Origin: Amoebophrya sp. A120
Taxonomy: Eukaryota; Protista; Dinoflagellata
Reading direction: 5' to 3'
Length of the DNA stretch: 64,000 nt
Assembly (NCBI GenBank): GCA_905178155.1
Contig: CAJINV010000003.1
Span: 1,999,873 to 2,063,872, forward strand
The position numbers and the translations under genes are program-made. The stretch's first letter is position 1, and each line of letters begins with the position of its first letter. This document shows, in pieces, positions 23,522 to 35,291 of the stretch. A model generated the notes under the pieces. It ran no database searches and was not told the DNA's origin. It was given only the letters and a program-made list of their open reading frames with translations.

Positions 23522-24746
23522 CTTGCTTCTTCGCGAGGAGGGCGGGCGGGGGGCTGAAACTAACTAAGGCGTAAAAGAATGGTCAATAAATTTCTTTCGA
23601 AAGTAACCAGTTTGTTACAACTTAGTCTTAGCATTAAAAGCGCTTGAAGTAAACGTGCTTTTTGTCGGTCTCGTCAAAAATACCGGCAACGCCATGGTGC
23701 ACGTGGGTCGTGATCATCATGGAACGAATAAAAATATTTCATTTGGGACAATAAAACAATCATGTAGCACAGGGTATCGAATTGGGAAGATGATGGGTGT
23801 CACAGTGGCGTTTGGCTTGCTAGGCCACTGTTGCAAATGAGAGGATGAACGTGAAAAAGAAAATCTGAGTATATTAAATAATTCTGCCGTCATGCCGGCT
23901 GAAAAAGAGCGAGCAGTGGCGCCTAGGTGCACGATGAAGCAGACGTTTCTTATCAACAAGCACGAGTTGCAGGACGAATCAAAAAGCGCAGCACGATACC
24001 GAGTCAGATTGTTCTTCGTCACTTTCTGCTGAATTGTTCTTGATCAGTACGACTGCAGACCGACAATTTTAGTCTTGCCTTTGGCTTTGCGCCATGGTTA
24101 TTCGCATATTAAAACCGATTTTGACAATTAACCACTGGATTGCAAACAAAGAGTAGTTCATTTTCATAGATAGACCGAATTTCACGAATGAAATACTGGA
24201 GAAGTGCCAGAAAATCGGAATAGATACGAACGCCAATGGTCTCCCATTTCGGAAGATCATAGGCACTCGCCACTTGAGAAAGCGCTTGATTTAGATACCG
24301 CCTTGATTGCAGTATAGAAACGTCGCATCGCTCAATCCTTATTTCTCCGCATATTTCCGTCCATGAGGACATGCATCATGCTACTTGCGATTGCGCATCA
24401 TGAGTTAAATACCTGCACTGTTACTCTCGCATCATCAGATATGCATCTTTAGGTGTAGCAAGTATTCGTGTCAAACGATAGTACGCACTCGAATAAATCA
24501 ATGCCCATATTATCAGTAATTTTCTTGTAGCCCGCATGCAGCTCGGTCCTGAAACAAGTCAAACAGCATCACAAACAAAGCTCGATGTACAATCACAAGT
24601 CAAATTGTTGAAGCCTTCAGCAAGCAAGTTCGCCCGGAAACAGGGCGCACCCCAAAAAAACAAAACTGAAAGAAACCATCAAACAAAGTCAAATCAAATC
24701 AAATTCACAAAATGTGCATCACCCGAACGGCTGAATCCGTATCTTT

Positions 24747-27612
24747 TTACTTGAGTCCCGGCCGGGTTGTCGAGAATGAATACTCAGCGCTCCGCATACG
24801 ATTCGTCTGGCTCGCGTTGTACAGCTGTGCGTGGTGTGCAGCGGCAGAAAGACCGCGCCTGGAGACTACGGCTCTATTGAGAGAGTCCATCTGGGCATCC
24901 AGTATTTCCTGCATTCTGGCACCAATCCTCTCCATTTCCAAAAGCCGCTCCCGGCGCGTCAAAGGCTGACGTCGTTTTGTAGATTCGTTGTCGTTCGGCT
25001 GATGTCGCGGAAAACAGTGCGATTACGTATACCTCTTGCTATTCCATTGGAAAACCGCAAAATCAAATTAATCTATACGAGAAAAAACGCCTGCGGAAAT
25101 GTATGTAGGTATACCTTTTCTGGGTCGTCGGCATCCCCACCCGCATCGCCAGCAGCACCACCAGCCCCCTTTTTCGGGGTTCGGAGGTTGTCACTTACAG
25201 CTGATGTCGCGCTGCCGGCGACTTCAGTCGACGCAGTTGCCCCACGACTGGCAGTTGGTGGTACCAGAAGCAGCCGAAATTCATCCTCGTCTTTGTCTTT
25301 CTCGTTCCCTCTAGTACCGCCCCGACGCGGTGGCGTCGAGGAGGCCAGTCGCTGCTTGAACTCTGGACTACGCAGTTGCCGCTCGATCCGGGATATCAAA
25401 TGTAAAAATGTCTGGGTCTGGAAGATTCTGAGACTTGTCATGCACGTTTTGCATGGGCCATGATGTCTGTGATGCATGCCCTAGCGTCACAGACTTTTTG
25501 AGGGCTCTGCGATGCCTATTCCGCATGGCAAATGGAAATGCCCTCACCGCGTAGCCAAAATTGCATTCCCTTTGCTACTTATGCAATACAGATTTTTTTG
25601 GAATCCAAATGCAGCATCACAAGTTCGGATTCTTCCAGACCCGGACATTTTTGCATTTGATACGGGACTCGACGCCGGACTTCAACGTGGCCACAGCTTG
25701 CTGCTGCCTCGGCGTGGACATCGATACTGTCGCTGACTCCGACAAGAGCAGGCCTTTGCTTCGTGATCCTCGCAGCGTGGTCGCATTATCGCTCTTCTCC
25801 TCTGATGCTCCTGGCTGAGGATTTTTCTCTTGTTCACCTGCAACTACTCCCGCTGGGTCTGCCTCTGTATTTCCTCCTCTGGATTTGTTCTTTTGCGGGG
25901 GAGTGCTTTTGACGAACTGCGCCGGTTGTCCAGATCTTCGTGTAGAAGAAGTTCCAGGCGACTCGCCGGCGACCACCATAGAACCACTTCCCGGTGCGCC
26001 GGAAGCAGATGGTGCGACCGTGACCACGGTATTGATGTTCTGCCACGGATTACTTGCGCTGCTACGAGCCCCGCCCGGACGCGTCGCGCTCCCCGGCCGG
26101 GCTCGCGCGTTGCTTGGTGGTTTATTTCGGGGACCAGGAGGTCTTTGCGGTGCACGGAGGTGTTGCCGCTTGTAGGCTAAAGAGAGACTCGTCGAACAAC
26201 CAGAATTATCGCCAATATTGCCCGCTCTCAAAGTGCTCACGGTCACAGTACCTCCGCCGTCGGTACCGTCACGCTGCGGGGCGGAAGCAGAACTGGCTTG
26301 CGCGACGACCCCAGCGCCGCTGCTGCGCGATACTAGAAAAACGCGCGGGCTTGGACTGGCTGCTGCTCGTACTCGCATCGGAGTGGCCGCGGCGCTGCTG
26401 GACGAGGGACCACTTTTTATTGTCGCGCCGCTTGGGGGCAGCACGGAGTAGGGCTGTCGGGCGTCTTTATCCGGCTGACTTTTCAAAAGCTGCCGTTGTA
26501 AGTGTCTCGCATAGGGTAGATCCTGCATCCAGGAGGTATCGTTAGGTTTCTTCGTCCGCGCCTGCTGGGACGCTGAAGACGGTGTCGTTAGATTTCTTGA
26601 CGCTTGGCTCGATCTGGATCGTGCACGAGCGGTTTTGCTCTGTAGTTGCTCGGGCGGGCGCAAAACGTGTTGTTGTTCCAAAGCCGCCGCCACTCCAACC
26701 TGTAGCTGTACCCGTTTGATGGTCATCATCATCATCATCTTTGTTTTTGCCCGTGACATTGGAATTATGTCTTTTCTCATCGTTCCTCTCGAGTGGACGC
26801 ACACTCGAGCGCATTAATTTGTTGTGACATCCTGTTTGATGGCGTAATCTAATATAATTAGAATTACTAAGCCACGATTTGAAGGATTGGCCCCGAGCAT
26901 ACCATACAATGAATCATCGAGTGTAAAAATGTGTGTCACCTCGACCTCCTTCCGGTAAGACGTCATCAGCCAAATGTAAATGTAAACTCAGATTCAGTTT
27001 CTTTGGTAGTCGTCAACGTCTAGAGCTTACTAGCGTTAGTTGTGGCACGCGGGCAGTCTAGTGAAGCCCTTAGCCTTATGGGATGAAACACGCACCTGCT
27101 GCGCGGAGGTTGGCGACGGGCGGCTTCTTGGATTGTTAGCAGACGGCACTGGATTCGGGAGAAGCAAAGGCGAGTCTGCCTGCTGCTTTTCCTCCTTGGC
27201 AAAATCTCGCGGAACAACGGGTGGCGCCGATGGACTTGCGCTCGAAGCGACTTTATGCCGTATGAGTTCCTCAAGTCGCTCCAGTGCCCGCGCACTATCG
27301 TTGCTCATCTCCATGGGTGGCTGTGGTTAATAGGGTTAAAAAGTGGTTGTAGGGAACGTCCACGTTTTTCTTTGCCGTCAGACAGAAGTAATAAGTACCT
27401 ACATGCTCATCCTCTTCTTGATGTTCAGACACCATTATAAAATCGCACCTTAACAATCGACATGCAGACGTTGCAGGAGTAGCTAGATTGAGCAAACAAG
27501 TATCTTATACTGAAACGCCAGCAGTAGACGTTAGCACCGTCTCCCCTCCCTTCTCCAATTCGTTGAAAAGCCTCGTGGCCCATTGCACGACATATTCCTC
27601 AGCGGACGCCAT
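24747..27612 (-). CDS. Multi-exon hypothetical protein, Ser/Ala/Pro-rich low complexity
   Basis: Collinear minus-strand ORFs 27036-27314, 25617-26804, 25073-25477 and 24747-24962; frame restored across the 25394 insert (GVESR|IERQLR); start codon tentative. Confidence 0.6.
25394..25662. mobile_element. MITE-like intron, TIR type A
   Basis: TSD cggga; TIR tatcaaatgtaaaaatgtctgggtctggaaga. Confidence 0.94.
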
Positions 27613-30600
27613 TTTGTCTTCTGCACGCCCGCAGGAAAACCCGAATCGCGAATAGGCAGGGGATGATGCCCGCTGCGGAGATTTCAGAGGGGGCGTCCTA
27701 CACCAAACCGAAGCGTCAAACGAGTGCCATATTATACAGTTGGGCAGCGTCCTCGAGCGATCCAGCAGTTTCTACTAACGCCCTCTGTGTTTAGTGGCAT
27801 GGAACTTCTGACGTTTGAAAGACAAAGCACTCCTCCAGCAAGCATAGTTCTCATTAAGATCGTGCATCCGCGAATCTTTAGTTCCTTCTGGAAGCGCACA
27901 GTCCAAACTGGATATTGAAATTGATCCGAGACGGAGCTAGGGCTGATGGGCCCAAAAATGTCGAAAAGTTCAACCACAACCATTCACGGTACTTATGATT
28001 GTGTTTAGTCTCGAAGCCACATGACATCAGGAAAAGCGTGATAGTCTTGTTTGCGAAGATGGCTGCGCTTTTGGTGCTATCTCTCAGACTGCGATCTTAA
28101 TTGTCACAGATTTGGTAAACCAACTTCCTCAAGCTAGCGCTCGTCTCCGTCACGCTCACGACTAGTAAGCGCGAGTCATAACATGTGTCATTCTATGCAG
28201 GAGCAGCTGGCCGATAGTATTGTTAATACACACGTGAACGTGTACGTGATAACTCGGACAGCTACAGCATCGGCCTGGCATCAAGACTCGCTGCAGCTGC
28301 AAGTGCTTGCTGTAGACCCAAAGAGAGTCCGACACAACATCCACACAAGCTAAGAACTATCGGACCAAAGTGGCCACATTTATTCAATTAACGCTGACGC
28401 ACCGTCCGATGTTCATCACCGGGCGGGCACAATAAATTCCTGGCGCCCATGCAGGAAACTGGCGGGCGGGCTCCCGTCTCCTGCCGAGCCTCCGCGCCAA
28501 TGGCAAGTCCGACGCGCCTTGCAGTGCTCGTGCTGCTGGGGCGCGTGTCTGTGGTCCAGCCGCCGCGGCGGGCGCGCCTGGGCTAGATAGGATTGGGCTG
28601 CGATTCTTCTGCGTCGGACTTGGCAGTAAATACACAAACACGACAAAGACCCGCCGCGGCAGGCTGGCATGCCACGGGCAGGGCCAGCCCCATCCGGCGC
28701 CGCGCATGAGCGCCAGGGCGGGGCGGCTGCGCGACAATGAAAGGCCCGGAGACGGCGACGGGCGTCGGCACTCGGCCCCCCGGGACGTAAAAAGCACAGG
28801 GGCAGGCCCCGCAAATCCTTCGGCCCCAGCTAAACCTACCAAAGGGCGAGGGCGGCGCACAGGGAAAATGGCGCGCTGTGCTATTTCTCTTGTTCTGGGC
28901 CATCACCTTTCCAGATGAAGGACCAGGCTCCGCCGCACCGCTTTCGGATAGTATCTGGCCCCGCTGGTTGCGACAACCGCGCGACATTCTGCCACAGACG
29001 AACCCAACGGCTGGAAGCTGAAGAACCACGAGCGTGCTGGGTTCGCCGCGGTCTTCGCACTTCTGCCGCACTTTTTGCGCCACCGGCCTGGGGGAACAAC
29101 GCGCAGCGACTTTTTTCCGCATGAGTTGCATCGCGCACCTTTAGGCGTTCTCCTGTCCTCCCGGTCGCGGCATCTTGTTGAGGAACACGACCGCTCTCTA
29201 CGGTTTTTTGAAAGTTTGAATGCTGAACGAGATGGAAAAACAACATTCACTAGCTCATGTTTGTGATCTTCAGCCGCCCTTCCTCAGTTGAGCTGAGATT
29301 TTCTCACTTGGCTTGCAACTCATCATGAACCGGCCCTCGCTTTTTCTCTTGTCTCATCTAACATTTTCTCAGCATCTCCAGAGCCAGACCACCTTCACTA
29401 ACAACACAACGCCAATAGAAAAACTTTGCTCGACTCGAGGGAGCGGGCGCAATTCCACCTCGTTTTCTTTGCAATGTTCCACATTGAAATAACTCAAGTA
29501 AAGGAAACAAACATCCTGGCGCCCACCGCGGGGGAGGGCTGGCACAAGCGGGAGTCCGGCGGCCTCAAGCCGAACCCCTGCGCCATCGTCAGGTGTGCGC
29601 CTGGCCTTGCCTGTCTAGGCGCCCCGCCAGGCCGAACGCGCGCGGCGCTTGCGCAGCTGCGCGGGAATGGCTACGAAGATAGGCCGACGCGGCATCGACC
29701 GCCATGGCCCCGCGGCCGAGCTGGCCAAGCCTATGCGCTCGCCGCCAGACGGGGGGCAGTCGAGTCTGCGCGGCAGGCAACAAGGCCGCTGGGCGCCAGA
29801 GCAAGCAAAACAAAAGACACCGGCGGCGGCGCCAGGCTGACAGGCCGCGCCGGCGCAAGAGTATTCGACCGGCCTGCGTCGCGGGCTGGCCCTGCTCCAC
29901 CATTTTTCCAATTTTCGGACTCGAGGAAGCTGCTTTCGGATTCGACGCGGCGCAGCTGATACTTTTGTCCGCCCCGCTCGTCGCCTGCGACCGAAAAATG
30001 CGCGCGAGTTCCACTCTGTCGACAACGCAAGCGGATGAGCCCAGAGCTTCATCGCGCAAATGTTCTCGTAGCCTCCGGCTTTCGGCGAACATCTTGCAGG
30101 GGAGCGCGATCGGTCATACTGCTGGCGCAGCTGAGCATTTGACTAGTTACCTTGCATCATGGAAAAGCGAACTAGTAAACACAAACTACAGGCACAGCCG
30201 TCGCGCTAACTCATCTAAGAATACAATTGAGGTTTTCCCACTTAGCTTACAACTCAACCTCCTGGCTGGCAGCCGCAGCATTCGTGTAGAATGTCCTCAA
30301 CTACAGACCTCACTCACACTGCACAACATAGACCTTCGCTCGACTCGAGGAACTCCAACAGCTGAGTAGATTCTTCTGGTTCATTTATGTGTTTGCTCAA
30401 CCCTGTTCTTCGTCGCATGTTTGCTGCGAAAATATCAAACAATTCAGTTTTCGTCCCAAATGAAATATGTCGCGCCGCCCCATTATGGGGACATTCCAAG
30501 AATTTAAGTATCGCACCCAATTGAAAAAGTATTCGATCGCGCATAAGTAGTTCTTACATCGCTATGCCTATTGCATCGATGGAACTCCATCTGTGCAAGG

Positions 30601-30970
30601 TGGTAGTTACATCCTCAAGTAGATTGATACGTATGGTGTTTGCGAGAACCAATCTGAAACATTGACCTATCCCCTTTCCTTACAACAGGGCAAAGCCACG
30701 AGAAAAATATTCGAATCAGCAAAGTAAAATGCAAATCGCAACTAGAACGGCTAGGCCTGCGATATATAGATGGATTCTTTTTAAACGAAGTCGAAGAAAT
30801 GGTGAGTCTAAAGTCAGACAGAGCGTCGCAAAGCAGTCCTGATGTTCTACAAGTAGTACTTTGAAAACACAACTCTTGGTTTTGCGATCTCGCATCACGT
30901 CGAAACGATGTTGTCTACTTGACCGGCGATTCTACATGGGACCCGCCCAAACAGCCTCTTCGCCACCCCT

Positions 30971-33900
30971 CTATTTCATGTTCTTGACGAACTCGACGCC
31001 CTTGGCGATTTGGCCCTTGAGGTCGGGCAGCATGGCGTCGAAGTTGGCTTTTTCCATGGCCGACAGCTCGCCGAAGCCGTGGACCTCCTCGACCCCGCCC
31101 TGGCCCAGGGTGACCGGGGTGCTGAAATACGCGGCGTCGGTGAGGTTGTTTTCCACGTAGGTGCAGGCCTTCAGCCCGGTCTCGCCCTTGAGGGCCCGGG
31201 CGACGTAGGCGGCGAACTCCGCACCGGCGTAGGCCATGGACAGGGTGGCTGACCCCGCGCCGTCCTTCGCCTTCACGACCTCGTCCCCACCGAATTGGAT
31301 GCGGTATGTCAACGCGTCCAAGTCCGCCTGGGACAGGCTGCTGGTGCCCGGAACCTAGATTGGAAAATGAGATTTGAATTTGATAACTAAAGGTCAGACT
31401 GGAATCCAGTATACATAGTACGGACCAATTTTACTTTTATTTAGGCTTTATTTAATAGGCCGCGTGACCACCACGCTCGCGAACAAGTTGTATGCGAACT
31501 GGTCCGAGTAGATGAATTTGGGGACAAAACCGTGCCCCATAGAGGAGTACGCGGACGTGACGACGGCGGACGTAGAAGAGACCCCAACGGGAAGAAGAAT
31601 GAAGCAAACCCGGACCGAAAGGAAGAATCCAGCGAACACCAGAGTAGCAGAGACAACATCCTTCCGACAAGCCTTCCGCAGAAGGCGGAAAAACAATCCA
31701 TATGCGAGAACCTATCTAGAGCTAGATACGATCTATCATGAGCAACCCAGAGAGTAGAGTAGTAGCTACATAGCACAGCACCTCATGGACGACAAATGTC
31801 CACCGAGAGGTGAAAAACAGAGAGAAAACAACAAGAACGGACCCCGGCGGGTCCCCGCGGGTCACCATCCGGAACAAACTAGGGCGGCGCCGTCGAACTA
31901 CTTGCCCCGCAGCTGTTCTTCTTGGCCTCGTGAACTTCCCAAGCCCGAACCGGATCAAAACGCCAGGAAAACCGGCGGACAAAATCCCGCATCTCCTCGA
32001 GGGACTCGGGGGGCTTGTGGGAATACATACAACCACGGCGCCCGCAATTGCCGTGCTGCAGGAACACAGCACAGGGCCCGCCGCCCTCTCCGCGGGGGCG
32101 CTTCCGGGCGTTCCCATCGATGTCCTCCGGCTGCTTGCTGGCCGCAACGGTTTCGAGACGAGCAAAGGCAACACCCTGCAGCCAATCCCAAACCCGGCCG
32201 GCGTACGCCGCCGGGGTGTCTTCAATCGGGCCAGTAGTCCCCTCGTAATCTCCGCCAAGGACCAAAGTCGGAGCATCGCGCTCCCAAATTCTGGCAAAGG
32301 TTTCAACAATCTGCGGAGACAGGCCAAAGCGAAAAACCAAAACCACAAACCAAACCGGGCCCCTAAGTCCCTCGCTCCGCCTCTCTTAGGTTTAACGGGT
32401 TCAAACCGCCAGTGCCACAGAGCCGACCTCGCGCGAGCCAAAAGGATCCGGGATCAGCTGCAAAAAGCAGTGGAGGCGCGAATGGCAGCCTCCACACTCT
32501 GCAACCACGGGTCGAGGGCGAATGGCTCCTCTCCCCGAAAAACAGACCAACAGGCAGAGGGCGAATAACACCTCTTCCCCCACAGATAGACAGACAGACG
32601 CGGGTCGAGGGCGAATGGCAACTCTTCCCTTCCAAACAGCTGTACACAGCTAGACAGACAACTACCAAAGGCAGGGGCGTTACTCCCTGGGACCAAGGAA
32701 GAAAAAGGAAAAACGTCAAACCCGAGGGCCTGACGCAGATCCTCATCTTATCTAGGTCCTGGCTACCGGGATAGATACTGGGTCTGGTCGGTATAAAATA
32801 CCAACCGCCCAGCCTCAGCCTCGACTCACAGGCTCGCGAGCCTGCTGCTGCCCGGTCATACATTTAATAGGCCGCGTGACCACCACGCTCGCGAACAAGT
32901 TGTATGCGAACTGGTGACCACGCTCTGGGAACCGCGTGATGAAGATGCGATAAACTAGCACGTACCTGACTCAGGAGCGGCAGAATGGTCGTCCCCGCGT
33001 GCCCGCCGATAACATCAACTTTCATGGATTTCACGTCTGTGCCGAGCTTTTCCGCCATAAAAGTGTTGGCCCGGGTCACGTCCAGGGTTGTCACACCCAT
33101 TAACCGCTTCGGGTCGTAGCACCTGGTCGTGTAGTTTTTTGGCATGACCAACTGGTGTAGTTTTCTGGCATGTGACTGGTGGTACTGGTAAAGAAAATTC
33201 CTCGTCTGAAAAAGAGAATGTCGGAATGATGAATCATATTTTGCAAGTCGTTTCTCTTTGTAGCGCAAAAAGATGACATCAAGATTCAAACCACTGCCTG
33301 GATCAACGTCTCGTCTATGAAAAGGAATCGTCGCTAGTACTGTAGTACCCGTGCTTCTTCAACACTTCTGCCCAAATGGGCACCATAGAGTTGACCGGGT
33401 TGCTGATAATGAGCATCATGGCGTCGGGGCAGTTTTTGGCGCAGGAGGCAGCCAGCCCGGCGTTGATGGAGGCGTTGATATTGAACAAGTCGTCCCGCGT
33501 CATACCCGGCTTGCGTGGCACGCCGGCCGGAACCACGACGATCTTGCAATCCTTCAGCGCGGCGTCTAAGAAAAATTTTCGATTTCATTTATCGTTTTGC
33601 AGAACTTCTACATCCCGAGGATGCATCAGGCGCGTCGCCATCAAGATCACTTAGGCATGAATCATGCAGCAATGCATCTTCGTAAAACAAAAACAAGCAG
33701 CAGCAAGCTGCAGAAATTAAGACAAAGAAAGATGGGGGTAGAATTGAAGATGAAACAGGAACTCCTTAAACTTACCATTATCGGTGAAGCCGCCTGCAAC
33801 TTGGCAGTGCGAGTTGATGTGGGAAATATCGGTAGCAACGCCCGGGACGACCGGAGCGACGTCCAGCAGCGCCAATTGATCGATATTCGGGTCCAGTTTC

Positions 33901-34037
33901 ATCAACAGGGACAAACTTTGCCCGATCCCGCCGGCAGCACCTGCCACCGCGGCCTTCGTGGCGAAGCCCCGATTTGCCTGCGCCTGCGCCGAAGCGCGCT
34001 GCACCAGGTTTCGCACTTGTCCGCGGGCGGCCAACAT
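30971..34037 (-). CDS. MDH2: Malate dehydrogenase, mitochondrial type, 4 exons
   Basis: Arg/Ala-rich presequence, [73 protein letters not shown]; GT-AG introns 33566-33775, 33123-33348 and 31355-32965. Confidence 0.96.
31451..32915 (-). mobile_element. Probable retroelement relic inside MDH intron 3, bounded by 53-bp direct repeats, with a CCCH zinc-finger (gag-like) ORF at 31879-32346
   Basis: tttaataggccgcgtg...gcgaactggt at 31451-31503 and 32863-32915; [19 protein letters not shown] = C-x8-C-x4-C-x3-H. Confidence 0.65.
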
Positions 34038-35291
34038 ACTAGTTGTTGAGAGCGTACTAGAAAGGGTTACCTTCGCCTACTTCTTCGTCTATCTGAGGTT
34101 GTGACTTAGTCGGCCAAACGTTGTGTTTGTGACCGCGAACGCGACAAAATTGAGTAAAATTTGCACGATATATATTGGTCTTTCTGCGTGTGCGTCAAAG
34201 TAAATTCAAATGAGAAAAAGTAAATGGAAAATGTAAGTTTATGCTCGGGGCGTCGTATCTGTCACAGCACGTCGTACGCTCAGCAAAACCGACTCTCTTC
34301 TGGAGAGATCTAGATTTCTTTCACGCCAGGGGGTGCAGTACTATGGTGACCCTGTAGTTCACAGCTTGTGACTTCTGGCCTGAACCTGATCGAGGCCAAT
34401 CGCTTTTTAACATCGACTACATCATATTCCGCTCTGCTTCGTCAATAGAAAGCCAACTTCCCAGACTGGTGGCCCAGACTCAAAAAAAACAGCTTTTCGC
34501 TTTTCTTTGCAGTGTAGTCACTCGAGCAAAAAATAAACTCTCCTGCTATCATCGAAATTACGCTCAATCTCAAGCTTTCCACCTGATGCGACCAAATTCA
34601 ACTTGCTTCGCGGAAAAGAAAACGCTTCCAGCAACTATTTGCTTTCTTCATCAGCCGCGGGCAAACGCAAAACTCTCAGATAAATATCGCCCGCGTGAAA
34701 ACAAAAATTAAAATATCGACCATGACGGTGAATGACTTAGCGGCGCAAGAAGATCGCTATGACATTATGCGTGCACTTTCTACCGTGAGTTGCAATGACG
34801 TTACTCTTGTTTATTCTGGATGTTTCTCTCTTCCCTATTGGTATCATGCAGGTGCAAGAAATTTTTAGCGCGCAAAATTGAAATTGTTCTTTTTTCTTTT
34901 TGACGTACTTATCATCACCTTGTGGGTGAATACTAAAGTGAGCATTGGCAAAAATGAAGATGAAGCAAAAGTCGCCAGCGAATCAGAAATACACAAAAAG
35001 TAATCAGAGGTTAAAAATTCGTCAAAAGCTTTTGGGACTACTACGAGCCGGACATTTAGGAAGATACAACTCGTGCACTTGTTCATATTCTTATTCACGT
35101 AGTGCGTCGCATTTCGATTTCTCATGACTTGATCTTGGTTTATCTAGCAAGAAGTACACAGGCACTATGTAAGCATAGAGCGGAAGATAGTATCTAGCGC
35201 GATGGCCAGAGGAGTACTGAGCGTCGACACGCAGCGCGAATGGATGACCGACCAGCCAGCGGTGCAGATGCAGTTCCCAACTCCTGCAGCA

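Larger units (their letters stand above)
1..24670. repeat. Tandem segmental amplification, period 9987-9990 bp, about 2.5 units visible (myosin gene + upstream region + retroelement)
   Basis: Sequence at 1 recurs at 9991 and 19978; identical ORFs at 5670/15657, 8161/18148 and 9718/19705. The third unit diverges over ~22750-24320 and lacks the retroelement at 24670. Confidence 0.97.

Noticed and set aside
34230-34410. Possible U1-like snRNA upstream of MDH
   Set aside because: Only a loose tgcac loop resemblance; no ACTTACCTG 5' end or clear Sm site.
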